Origin: a virus
Lineage: Duplodnaviria > Heunggongvirae > Uroviricota > Caudoviricetes
Length of the DNA: 64,000 bases
Virus record (IMG/VR): IMGVR_UViG_3300032167_000057
Coordinates: 4,886 to 68,885 of that record
Strand: one strand, 5' to 3'
The notes under the pieces were generated by a model. It was not told the origin of the DNA and did no database searches. It saw only the letters and a list, made by a program, of their open reading frames with translations. Position 1 is the first letter of the stretch, and each line of letters starts with the position of its first letter. The position numbers and the translations under genes were made by a program. This document shows, piece after piece, positions 28,966 to 39,077 of this stretch.

Positions 28966-31421
28966 ACATAACGAATTAATTTATTTGATAATTGTTTTTC
29001 TTTTGCGTTTTGTAAAAATTCCTGCTGTAATATTTCAAAATCTTTTGGAGACTTCTTCGCTACAGATTTTCTCAACTTGTCTGCCCATGCTAATGAAAAA
29101 CCACCAATCTTAGGATGCATAACTAACAGAAATAAGTATTCCTGCGCTTCACAAATACCATAGGAAATACCTAAAATATCCTTTAATATATCTTGTTCTT
29201 CCTCTGTAAGTCCCATACTAGACATTTCCTGATACCATAAATTAATATCATTTTTAAATCTAGCATACTTCTCAAGCGGTGCTTCCCCACCCTTTTCTTG
29301 TGCCATAAGTCTCATAACTGAGTTTAAAGCTGCTAAATCATCTACTGAATGTGGTTTTGATAACGAAATGGCTTGAATCCCCGAAGCCTTCTCCATCTGG
29401 AAAAAGCTTAATACTTTATGTTCCCACAGTAATTTCCACATTTCTTCTGCATCACGTTCTAAAGTATATATACCTAAATACTTTTCATAAGTATCTTTGA
29501 GAGTTCCTTGCCACTCAATAACACCATCCTCTAATAGTAAATTCATACAAGCATGAATCTTGTCGAGTGCTTCTACAGACAGACAGTCGAATTTAATTAA
29601 TGATAATTTTTCACATTCATGTAAATCAAATTGAGTAATAATATCTCCTGAATTGGTTTTCATCTGTGCTGCTACTTCTGTAAATGGTTCATCTGTTAAA
29701 ATAATGCCCCCAGCATGAGAACCTACCCCATTTACCAAACCTTCAAACTTCTGTGCACACTCCCATAATTCAGGGTATCTTTCCATTTCACGAACAAATT
29801 CCATTACAGGGCGGTTATCTTCATCTCCAAAATACATCTGTTTAAAGGAACGTAATTGTCCTCTATCTGCTACAATTAATGAAGATATATACTGTGCCGT
29901 ATCATTATCTATACCCAATCCTCTAGCACTGGTTAAAATAGCACTACGTGGTTTTTCGGTAGATAACGTCATAACTTTACTAATTCTATCTGCACCATAA
30001 GTGTCACGGAATTTTCGCATAACCGCTTCTCGTTTAGAACCCTCAATATCTACATCAATATCTAATGGCGACGCACGTTCGGGATTTAAAAATCTCCAGT
30101 GAAATGTTTTCGTTTTTTCTTTTAAAGGGTTAATCTGTGTAATATTTAATATATAATTTAGAATAAATCCTACACCAGAACCTCGGCCACATCCTACTAA
30201 TGATACTTCCCATAAGAGTTCTACAATATCTTTAACATCTAATAAATAGGCCGACCAACGTACTTTCATCTTATCCGAAGCAATAATTAATGAATCCAAA
30301 CATTCTGCAATTGCCTCATAAGTTTCTGTGTTGCAAAGTTCTTTTGGCTTTCTTTCCAGTTCATTCACGATTTCTCTACACAAATGTCTATCTGGCTCAT
30401 ATTCAGAAAGGAAGAAATAATCCAAATGAGGAATCAATGGTTGATATTTTTTGAATAAAGATGGGTCTGGTTCAGATGAATTAAATGGTACATACGGAAT
30501 ACGCATCGGTTTGCGCAGGTCATATATTTGCACCATATCATAAATCAATAAAGTATTATCCAGACCTCTTTGTACCGCTTCTTTCCCTATATAAGCATCC
30601 ATAAAGTCATGAATTTCTTCCGAAGTCATCACATAAGTTGTTTCATAAAAATCATCAACTTCTCTATCTCCGTCCTGACTTTCTAAAAAGATTTTGTGGA
30701 ATTTTCTATCTTCTTTCTTTAAGTAATGGGAATCCGTGCTGATAATATAAGGCGTGTTTGTGATTTCAGATAAGCGAATTAGATATTGATTAACTATAAT
30801 CTGTTCCATTTTAGGCGAAGGTTGTAATTCCAAAAAGAAATAACCTTGTCCAAAAATTTCATTCATATATTCAACCCAACTAATACATGCGCCCCATAAT
30901 TCGGGGTCTTTTGTGGCTTCAAATTCCAATATTTTGGCAGGTAAAATACCTCCCAAGCAAGCAGAAGAACCGATAATATGACCTTTATATGTCTCCAACA
31001 TAGTTTCTAATTCGTCATAATATGTTGGTACACGCATCATAACATTCATAAAAGCATTGTTTAACCATGATTGTGTACTTAATTCTCTAATACCCTTATG
31101 TCCAAAAGAATCTAAAGCCAGTAATATAAAGTGCGGATATTTCTGTCCTTTCTTATTTTCTGGTGTTACATCACGAGTGCATAAATAGATTTCATTTCCC
31201 AAACCTATTTTAAAATCTACCCATTCTGGATTATCTTTATGGCTATAGAAATATTCTATTGCCGATAAGCTAGAAGTGACTGATTCATGTCCTGTTAGGC
31301 AAATTCCTTTTAAACCTATATCATGTGCATATTGGATAATATCTGATACCTTGTTAATTGAATCACGTATACGCAAATTACTATCTCGGTCTGTGTGGTT
31401 GTGTATACTAAAATAACTCAT
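28966..31421 (-). CDS. dnaE: DNA polymerase III alpha subunit (DnaE-type), exon 1 (PHP + palm/fingers)
   Basis: N-terminal PHP domain MSYFSIHNHTDRDSNLRIRDS (HxH). LLALDSFGHKGIRELSTQ resembles DnaE LLAKNEEGYKNL. The 3' end of the annotated ORF (IRYVWFVLIFMQRG) is probably read-through into the intron. Confidence 0.8.
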
Positions 31422-31525
31422 GCTATTACCTCTTTATTTATAGAGTAAAAAAATAGGCTTAAATAAATACCGATATTCATCTTCTTTATCAAGCCTATTT
31501 CTATATTGTTTCTATATTATTATGT

Positions 31526-32446
31526 TTAGTTTAGAGATACAATAGGAGTTGCATTACTCTGAACCTGTGGAACACTACCATTCCACTTATCATACATAAT
31601 TTTTTCAATCAATTCAGGAGTTAAACTTTCTGCAATCTTTTGATTTGCTTCAGCTTCTGCTTCTGCGGCAATTAAAATTGCATCCGCTTCTGCCTGTGCC
31701 GCAATGATTTTTCGCTCTGCTTCAATAGCGGCGGTCTCCTTATTCTTTCCTGCTTCAATTAAAGCAACTTCTTTCTCTTTCTGAGCCTGAATCTTAGCTG
31801 TCTGTGCTTCAATATTAGCAAGTTCCAATTCCTGCTGTGCTGTTACTTTTTTCTGAATAGCGGCAGCAGTTTCTTCATCTACAGAAATATCTGTAAAGTT
31901 CACAGTGTCAATAATAATTCCATAAGGTGCAAATTTCTCTTTTAAATAACTGTCTAATTCTGCATTAATTGCTGTACGCTGGTCGCCAAAAATATCTGTT
32001 ACTGGGTATTTAGCAGATACCTCCTGTGTCCATGCCACAATCTTTGGTTTGATAAAAATATCTTTTACTTCTTCTCCAGAACGCCCCTTGAACTGAATGA
32101 AAGTATCTGTTACTTTTTCTGCATCAAACTTATAAGAAAATTCAAGATTTACCCTTACTGTTTTACCATCAGAAGTTGGGATATTAAAACTTTCATCTTT
32201 CTTTGAATCACCCTTATCTTCTGAAGTTAAATAACTCTGCTCAATACCAATTGAATAATTAATTACTTTTTTAGTAGGAGACACGATGTGCCATCCCTGT
32301 GTTAACGTTTCATCAGTTACACCGTTTGCTACACTGTAAATTACACCAACATAACCCGCTGGCACTTTTTCGATACATAATAACAACATAATGATAATAC
32401 CGATGAAAATTACACCTAGACTAATACCACCAATTTTACCTTTCAT
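31526..32446 (-). CDS. SPFH/band-7 (stomatin/prohibitin-like) membrane protein
   Basis: N-terminal TM helix, the VPAGYVGVIYSVANGV band-7 start, and a long coiled coil (EAQTAKIQAQKEKEVALIEAG...). Confidence 0.8.
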   Translation of the reverse strand: MKGKIGGISLGVIFIGIIIMLLLCIEKVPAGYVGVIYSVANGVTDETLTQGWHIVSPTKKVINYSIGIEQSYLTSEDKGDSKKDESFNIPTSDGKTVRVNLEFSYKFDAEKVTDTFIQFKGRSGEEVKDIFIKPKIVAWTQEVSAKYPVTDIFGDQRTAINAELDSYLKEKFAPYGIIIDTVNFTDISVDEETAAAIQKKVTAQQELELANIEAQTAKIQAQKEKEVALIEAGKNKETAAIEAERKIIAAQAEADAILIAAEAEAEANQKIAESLTPELIEKIMYDKWNGSVPQVQSNATPIVSLN

Positions 32447-32600
32447 CTTTTTTCTCCTCTTCTGTTTCTTCGCTCATAGCTTCCATGGCATAATTCCAAA
32501 TACGTGCCACAAAAGTTCCAAATGGTTTATATATTCCAGCTAATAAAAGCCATATAATAAATACTCCTAAAAGTACTAAAATAATCAATGCGGGATTCAT
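32436..32600 (-). CDS. small single-pass membrane protein coupled to the SPFH gene (NfeD-like partner candidate)
   Basis: 54 aa MNPALIILVLLGVFIIWLLLAGIYKPFGT...EEKKDER. Its stop overlaps the SPFH start by 8 nt. Confidence 0.35.
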   Translation of the reverse strand: MNPALIILVLLGVFIIWLLLAGIYKPFGTFVARIWNYAMEAMSEETEEEKKDER

Positions 32601-32604
32601 AATG

Positions 32605-33242
32605 TTACTCCTCTAGTTCATCTATATGTGAAAATTCTTTTGCATGAAAGAATTCATTATATACATCATATCTGGATTGAATATCTAACCAATTAATCGT
32701 CTTATTATTCTCTTTCGCCCAATTAATAAATTCAGCTATATGGCCACAACAAGAAAATTCTGAGCATCCTGCTCTATATATACAATTGGGTACTAACACA
32801 TTTGCCAATTCTTCTTCACCCGCTTGTTTAATTACTTTTTTCAAATCTTCCATATAATGTCGCGTTTCATCAGAAGCTTGTCTACATAGACGGTATCTTG
32901 ATACATTAATTAGTGCCTGTAAATTGGCTTCTATATCCATATTTACTAATGTATCTTGTCGCGCCGCGTCTCTATCTATTCCTGTTCTATCGCTTCTTTG
33001 AGTAGAAACCCATTTTCCCACCCTAGCCAATGTCTTGCAAAATGCACAGAAATCCAAGATTTAATACCGTCCCAACTCCATTTTATTTTTCCAAGACGAA
33101 TTGGCGAATGTTCTGAAATAAGGATTTTTTTAATAAACTCACGAGTGGCTGGAATAGATGTATCTTCTTGATTTGTTGTGTGACGACATTGATTTTTTAT
33201 TTCAGTCCAATCTAATGAAATTTTCTGTATTTGCGTTTTCAT
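32605..33242 (-). pseudogene. thyX: ThyX-like flavin-dependent thymidylate synthase, disrupted by a frameshift (two overlapping ORFs 32976-33242 and 32605-33057)
   Basis: Frame 1: EHSPIRLGKIKWSWDGIKSWISVHFARHW matches ThyX [29 protein letters not shown]. Frame 2 continues KWVSTQRSDRTG (S-x-x-x-S-x-R region), and later RQASDETRHYMEDL matches the ThyX R..HAQ.EI region. The frame switch falls near the GGGTGGGAAAATGGG homopolymers. A segment of about 60 aa found in canonical ThyX is missing. Confidence 0.45.
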
Positions 33243-33709
33243 ATTTACCGCTTTCTATTTTTCTTTATGTTCAAATGATATATTCCCTACTTATCAGCCA
33301 TGTGTCTAATCTAAAGTCTAATACAAACATACTTATAACCTAAGCCATGGATTTGAAAAAACGTTACGATTTAAGCGTTAAATACCTACGAATAGGTAAT
33401 TAAACTTTGATAGAAATAAGCTTTTATCGTTACTCTTTAAACTATAAAAGTTAAATTTTAAACTTTACAGTCTCACCATTAGATTTAAATAGATGTTAAG
33501 CGCTCTCTATTTAACCAAATAATCTGTTGTTTTGGTCATTAATATCAGCCCAAATCTTCTATTAAACTTACGTTCCTCTGTAGAAGTAAATTTACTTGAA
33601 TAATTTTTAGAGAGGGTTTGTTTTGTTTTTTACATGATTCTGCACCCACAAAAGAACCATGGTTTGTAATTTAAGATTTTCGATAAGCAAGGAATATGAT
33701 TAATTACAT

Positions 33710-34348
33710 TTAATATTCAATTTCGATAATAGTCAGAGCATTGCTGACAGATAAAGCACTATCAACTTCTGCTGTAAAATTATCAATTTTCTGTGTTAAT
33801 AACTCAATCTGCTTATGTACGTCAATCGGGTCAACTAATACCGCAGTATTGGCCTCAATATATGTTTTACGAGCCTTGTCAAACTCGTCTACATTTGTAC
33901 GACCCTCTTTGTTACCAAGCATACCAGTAACATAATCATCAGCTTTCTTATCCAGTGATTCATTATGTTTCATAATAGTAGCCTGTGCTGACATGTACTG
34001 TCTCTGTAATTCTGCTAACAAGATTGTGTCAAATTCGATGCCATGGTTTTTCATTTCAATAGCCTCAGCCACCGTATATTCCACTCCACCAATTGTTACG
34101 ATTGTCTTTGCGTTAGAAAGAACAATTGCTTTTTTAAGAGCTGCTCTTCTACGAATTAAATCTGTAACAGATTCAAATCCAGCCTTCATCTGCTCTTTTT
34201 TCTCAGCCAATGGTACACCGCTAATCTGCTGAACATTATTTTTAACCTGTGTTACGTATGAATTCTTATCAATCGCATTAATAATTCTAGAATCCAATAC
34301 TTTTAAACTAGCTAAAGCCGAATGAATTGTCATTGTCTCTTTTGTCAT
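33710..34348 (-). CDS. hypothetical alpha-helical protein
   Basis: 212 aa ORF; no motif recognised. Confidence 0.4.
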   Translation of the reverse strand: MTKETMTIHSALASLKVLDSRIINAIDKNSYVTQVKNNVQQISGVPLAEKKEQMKAGFESVTDLIRRRAALKKAIVLSNAKTIVTIGGVEYTVAEAIEMKNHGIEFDTILLAELQRQYMSAQATIMKHNESLDKKADDYVTGMLGNKEGRTNVDEFDKARKTYIEANTAVLVDPIDVHKQIELLTQKIDNFTAEVDSALSVSNALTIIEIEY

Positions 34349-34413
34349 AGCTCGTTCTCCTTTTTAATAAAATTTAATGATTAATAGTTAATAATATGGA
34401 ATACAATTCCTTA

Positions 34414-34485
34414 CTCCCCTTGCTGGATTCGAACCAGCGCTCCTCGGGTCAAAGCCGAGTTCCTTAACCGCTTGGATAAAGGGGA
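34414..34485 (-). tRNA. tRNA-Gln (anticodon UUG)
   Basis: Minus-strand TCCCCTT-TA-TCC-AAGCGGTTAA-GGA-A-CTCGG-CTTTGAC-CCGAG-GAGCG-CTGGTTCGAATCCAG-C-AAGGGGA-G. The acceptor and anticodon stems pair well. Confidence 0.75.
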
Positions 34486-34658
34486 AAATTATTTGCGTTT
34501 TTTATTGTTAGCCGCAACCCTAACATAACTTATATAAAGTTTAAAGAAATGAATTAAAGAAAGGAGGTATTTAAGATGTGCCAAAACTTTCTGTCTCATA
34601 CATCTTACATTTACATTATACAATTTTTAATTTAGTATGTTCATTTTATTTTAGTAAT

Positions 34659-35657
34659 TTAAAAAACAATTTTTCGTTTTGCCGTTTGTTCTTCTATCGG
34701 CTTTTCTTCATAAGATTTATTTACTTCAAAAGTTTTGTTTGTGGGAGTCCAAAGTGAATGGTATTCACACAGATTGTTGTATTTTTGTGCACCAGTGTTT
34801 GTTTTTGAATAAGAACACCATGCACACAAAGGTGTTGGACTTGGTTTCCAGATATGAGAAGAACCACATTGGTCGATTCCGTTTAATAATTTATCCAACG
34901 CTTTTACCAAACGTTTTTCCCAACCTTTAGTTAAAGCATGTTGTTGGTCATTAATTAGAATAAATCTATATAATGATTCAATTGGTAAAACACCAAATTC
35001 TAATAAGATAGCTAAAGCATATATTCCAAATTGTAATGAAGTAGCTACGTCACTACTTGAATATAATTTTTTAGATGTTTTATAGTCTGTGGTTCTATAA
35101 TATGTTTCTCCGTCTACTACTTTTTTATCAATTCTATCTATATAACCATGAATAATAATCCGATTATCATATACAAATTCAAAAGGATGTTCAAATAATA
35201 TTGGCATCCAATCATCTGTTTCCATTTCATGATGTAAAACCTCATCAAAAATCTTCATCTTATCTTCATAGGTTTTTCCACTTGCGTTGTCAGGAGCATA
35301 CCAGTCTTCCATATATTTCTTTTTGAGAGTGTTCACTCCAGACAACGGTTGCGTGGTTTTTTCATCTAATTCAGTTACACCATTAATTAAATAATCGGAA
35401 AGTCGTTCATAGTCTACTTTACCCCCATCACTGTTCAGCATTTTCCCTTTTTGCTCTAATACATAATGACAAATTGAACCAAGTTCCGTTGCCAAACTGG
35501 ATTCAAAAGAGAACTTTTTTTCTACATATTTATAATAGTACTGCATAGCACATTTTTTATATGTATCCAGTTTCGTATAACTCGCCATTTTAAGAGTTTG
35601 TCTATCTGCTTCAGTGACTGGTCTTATTTTAGTTAACAATGATTCCATTTTGACCAT
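34659..35657 (-). CDS. PD-(D/E)XK nuclease, Cas4/RecB-like with C-terminal Cys cluster (phage exonuclease)
   Basis: GYIDRID...TTDYKTSKK (D...D-Y-K core) and a C-terminal CAWCSYSK...C cluster, as in Cas4-family nucleases. The N-terminal Cys may be the fourth Fe-S ligand. Confidence 0.55.
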   Translation of the reverse strand: MVKMESLLTKIRPVTEADRQTLKMASYTKLDTYKKCAMQYYYKYVEKKFSFESSLATELGSICHYVLEQKGKMLNSDGGKVDYERLSDYLINGVTELDEKTTQPLSGVNTLKKKYMEDWYAPDNASGKTYEDKMKIFDEVLHHEMETDDWMPILFEHPFEFVYDNRIIIHGYIDRIDKKVVDGETYYRTTDYKTSKKLYSSSDVATSLQFGIYALAILLEFGVLPIESLYRFILINDQQHALTKGWEKRLVKALDKLLNGIDQCGSSHIWKPSPTPLCAWCSYSKTNTGAQKYNNLCEYHSLWTPTNKTFEVNKSYEEKPIEEQTAKRKIVF

Positions 35658-35667
35658 CCTTTACAGT

Positions 35668-36825
35668 TTATGAACGGTGCAAAACTTTTAAATCTTCTGG
35701 AGTAATAACTATTTTATCATCCAATAATTGTAATAATACGTCTTTTCCCCTATCTGTAGGAGAATCTTTTCGTCGTAATAAATTTTGTCTATCCATTAAT
35801 AAACTTATTTTGACATAAGGCACTAATGGACTTACCTTTTTTAGTAATTTATGATAATAACTCTCGGCTTCAAAGCTGTCATGTTTTTCATATTCCTTGT
35901 CAAAACCAATAATAACCTCTTCAACTCCGAGCACGTCTATTAATAATTTACATTGTGTCAGTGTAATATTTGAACCGCATACACTAACTGCATATGAACT
36001 ATCTCCAAAATAACTATAGTTCTGCATACATGACTTTTCACTTTCTAAGAGAAGACATTTCTTGGTCTGTTGTATACGCTCTTTTGTAACGTTGATTCCG
36101 TATAAATTACTTCCCAAACTATGACTTAAAAAGTTATTTTCAAACATTAAAGGCATGTATTTTCCATTAAACTGTTCTATATCTTTTTCATCCAAAAACC
36201 GTCCACGTATTCCAATCAATCGGTTGTCTTTATCCCTATGTGGTATGATAATCTGATTAGTTAATCCATAATATCCAATCTCATATCTACTCAATGCTTC
36301 TCTAGAAATATTGTCATTCAACCATTCTTCATGTGGCACATAACAAAACATTTCTAAAATATTTTCATTTATTTCATTTAAAATTGGGATGGCTTTTGGT
36401 TTTTTTTGTGCTGCTTTTAATCTTTCAATCCATTCAAAATCAGTAATTGTAGAACTGGATTCAGATTTTGTTTCTCCTTGGTAATCTGCATATCCCACAA
36501 TATTTGCTATATATAATAGAGCCTTATACCATGTGATAGTTTTACCTTGGTTTCTATTTCCACGAATCACCAGCTCAATCGGGCTAAAACTGTCTCCACA
36601 GGTATAACAATGAAACATTCTTCCTTTTGAATCTGGTACATTATCATTAGGTTCATGATAATAAGCCAATTTGTACGGTGAATCTCCGTTGTGGCACAAT
36701 TTAGTACTGAACCATAAATTATCTTGGTTATCAGTTTTATAATCAGGACACCCTAACTCACGACAAATTGTAATAATATGTTCTTTGGTAAGGGTTTGTA
36801 GTATCGCATCTTTATTTAAATACAT
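35668..36825 (-). CDS. DnaG-like DNA primase (zinc-binding + TOPRIM)
   Basis: Zinc finger CPDYKTDNQDNLWFSTKLCHNGDSPYKLAYY...FHCYTCGDS. TOPRIM-like EEVIIGFDKEYEKHD. Confidence 0.6.
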   Translation of the reverse strand: MYLNKDAILQTLTKEHIITICRELGCPDYKTDNQDNLWFSTKLCHNGDSPYKLAYYHEPNDNVPDSKGRMFHCYTCGDSFSPIELVIRGNRNQGKTITWYKALLYIANIVGYADYQGETKSESSSTITDFEWIERLKAAQKKPKAIPILNEINENILEMFCYVPHEEWLNDNISREALSRYEIGYYGLTNQIIIPHRDKDNRLIGIRGRFLDEKDIEQFNGKYMPLMFENNFLSHSLGSNLYGINVTKERIQQTKKCLLLESEKSCMQNYSYFGDSSYAVSVCGSNITLTQCKLLIDVLGVEEVIIGFDKEYEKHDSFEAESYYHKLLKKVSPLVPYVKISLLMDRQNLLRRKDSPTDRGKDVLLQLLDDKIVITPEDLKVLHRS

Positions 36826-36837
36826 TACTCATTCCCC

Positions 36838-38463
36838 CTACCAATCGAACTTAGTTGCAGTTTTAGTTTCTGTCTCTTCTGAAGAAGTGTTTTGTTGTTC
36901 AAAGTCTTCTTCTTTCATAATATGGCTATTAGCTTCTATTACTTTATCCATACATTCAATCTTAGTAAAATCAACATTAATCAAATTAAAATCAAAATCC
37001 GTTACAAACACCGTTTTTTCTCGCATACAACCTAAATCAATATGCGAAAAAATAATAATACGTGTTAATTTTCCTCGACGCACTTTATATACCCAATGCA
37101 TCATATTAATTTGTGGACAATTAACTATTTTCTTAGTAATGTTTTCTATCTTTTTCAATTCTGATTGCGTTGGCCGCATAGAAATAATACCAACATCAAT
37201 CTTATTCGCAATCTGCTTACTACCTTGTAAACAGTTTTGGTCTTTATATTTCGCTTCCATTGCTTCATAATTTAACTGCGTAGAAGACATAATGAAAATA
37301 TTTAATTGTTCTGCCAATGCTTTTAATCGTGTACTGAAAATACTGAGTAACTGATATTCCTGCATTCTCATACTTGACTTAGCACCAACTTCTGTTATTA
37401 ATCGTAGGGAACTATGAAGATAATCAAAGAATACATAGTTTACACTATATGTATTATGATAACGTTTGATAATGTTTTCTATATCTGAGATACTAAAATC
37501 TGTACATACACAAATGTACAAAGGACTTGATTGTATGTATTGAATTGCTTGCTGGACTCGTTCATACTCACCAGCTTCATAATCTCCATATAAAATATGT
37601 TCTTCGTTAACACCGCTAATGGTTGCCAAAATAATTGTTTGACATTCATCTTCGCTCATTTCTGTTGAAATAAATAAGGCTGGACATTCAAAACCAGTGT
37701 ATTCCCATTGTTTGCTTTTTACATTCCAATGATAAGGAACACTAATATTACATACATCCATAATAGCCTGTCTGGACTTAGACGAACCAGTAGTACCTGA
37801 GCGTAAATAGAATTTACCTAAACGCATTCCTCTACACGCGGTATTCAAACCACTAGAAGTTAATGGCACTCCAACATCAGGTGTTTCACATAACTCTTCA
37901 ACCAACTCACTCAGTTTATCTCCTGCTTGTACATCTACAGTTAATGTATTGGTACAATATTTCATCTTAGGAGTTAAAACCAAATCATTTTCTATTTGTT
38001 CAATAATACTTTCTTCTGTATAATTATCGAATTTGATTTGTTCTGTTTCAACCTCGGAAGGATTGGTTAGAGTTGCATTAAATATTAGATTGGTATCATA
38101 ACCTTTATTTGCGTAATAACGCAACAGGCTATATTTTTTTAATCTATGATAGAAGTAGTCATAGTTTCCAATATCCACCATGCTACGAGCAGAAGTTAAA
38201 TATTCCAACCCCTTGTTATTTTGGAATATATTATATTGATTTTGATACTGACTTAAATAAGAATCTATAGTAAATTCGTCTATATGTTCACACCCTTGCA
38301 TAAATAAATTATACATGGAGACAAATAGAATTTCATAAAACGGCTCAGTGTTAAAATCACTACGGTCTAACGGTCTATCTATATCACTTAGCAAGCTAGG
38401 GTCTTGCATGATTGAGCCAAATATAGCCAAATAACTACGTTTACATACCAGTTGTTCGTTCAT
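36838..38463 (-). CDS. DnaB-like replicative helicase (RecA-fold, deviant Walker A)
   Basis: DnaB N-terminal-like region (AIFGSIMQDPSLLSDI...FYEILFVSMYNL). P-loop YLRSGTTGSSKS. FISTEMSEDE resembles the DnaB H2 motif. YICVCTDFSISDIENIIKRY resembles DnaB (I.Dd...t..ei....r). Confidence 0.55.
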   Translation of the reverse strand: MNEQLVCKRSYLAIFGSIMQDPSLLSDIDRPLDRSDFNTEPFYEILFVSMYNLFMQGCEHIDEFTIDSYLSQYQNQYNIFQNNKGLEYLTSARSMVDIGNYDYFYHRLKKYSLLRYYANKGYDTNLIFNATLTNPSEVETEQIKFDNYTEESIIEQIENDLVLTPKMKYCTNTLTVDVQAGDKLSELVEELCETPDVGVPLTSSGLNTACRGMRLGKFYLRSGTTGSSKSRQAIMDVCNISVPYHWNVKSKQWEYTGFECPALFISTEMSEDECQTIILATISGVNEEHILYGDYEAGEYERVQQAIQYIQSSPLYICVCTDFSISDIENIIKRYHNTYSVNYVFFDYLHSSLRLITEVGAKSSMRMQEYQLLSIFSTRLKALAEQLNIFIMSSTQLNYEAMEAKYKDQNCLQGSKQIANKIDVGIISMRPTQSELKKIENITKKIVNCPQINMMHWVYKVRRGKLTRIIIFSHIDLGCMREKTVFVTDFDFNLINVDFTKIECMDKVIEANSHIMKEEDFEQQNTSSEETETKTATKFDW

Positions 38464-38478
38464 TCACGAACCACCTTT

Positions 38479-39060
38479 CTAGACTATATCTTCGATATTC
38501 ATCTGTTTAATATTTTTCTTCTTGTGAGGGTTAATTTTTATCACTTTTTCGTGATAAAAGTTATTAACTTGTATTTCCCTATTTTGCTCTTCTATTGTTT
38601 TGAGCGCTGTATAGAATTGTCTTCCCTCATCTAATATGTAAGGAAATAGACCTATACAATCACCTACTGGTTCGTTTTGCATTATGTCCAGATGCCAATA
38701 AAATATATTATACATTTCTTCCCAAGAAGAATTGTATTGCTCTACATACCTAGCACTTAATGTATAAAATTTTGCACCTAATTGCTCCACCTCTAACACG
38801 CTCGACATATAATCAAAGAATTTTTGTTTTGCTTTATATTCTTCTTCGCTTATAGGTTTTGCAATTTCCTTTGGTGCTTTAACAGTTTGGCGTTTTTTTG
38901 ACTTTGCCTTTTCTGCTAATTGTTCTTGTTTATTAGATGCTAAGGCTTTCATGCTGGCGTTAAAACACGTAGTGTGCACATAACGTGTTTTATACGGCAT
39001 TAAATTATCCGTAGCTTCTATATATTCGCCACATAAGGCACACTTACGTTTGTTCGCCAT
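38479..39060 (-). CDS. hypothetical protein with N-terminal zinc-ribbon
   Basis: CALCGEYIE...YVHTTCF. The 3' end of the coding sequence contains a group-I-intron S-element-like AAGATATAGTC immediately before the stop. Confidence 0.4.
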   Translation of the reverse strand: MANKRKCALCGEYIEATDNLMPYKTRYVHTTCFNASMKALASNKQEQLAEKAKSKKRQTVKAPKEIAKPISEEEYKAKQKFFDYMSSVLEVEQLGAKFYTLSARYVEQYNSSWEEMYNIFYWHLDIMQNEPVGDCIGLFPYILDEGRQFYTALKTIEEQNREIQVNNFYHEKVIKINPHKKKNIKQMNIEDIV

Positions 39061-39077
39061 TGGTTAAGTTCCTTTAA

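Noticed and set aside
27258-31421. DnaE split interpreted as an intein or two-subunit polymerase
   Set aside because: The gap is non-coding in all frames at its centre and carries group I intron core sequences shared with the nrdD intron. No intein blocks (C...HN splicing motifs) are visible.
36785-37270. 161-aa plus-strand ORF
   Set aside because: It is antisense to the DnaB-like helicase gene and hydrophobic/low-complexity, typical of shadow ORFs in AT-rich DNA. The same reasoning applies to the other plus-strand ORFs between 4.8 and 63.9 kb (6961-7320, 8434-8715, 14837-15095, 25100-25321, 45193-45471, 47496-47798, 49428-49739, 53367-53837, 58217-58492, 59256-59456, 60476-61096, 61554-61736, 62139-62321, 62582-62779).
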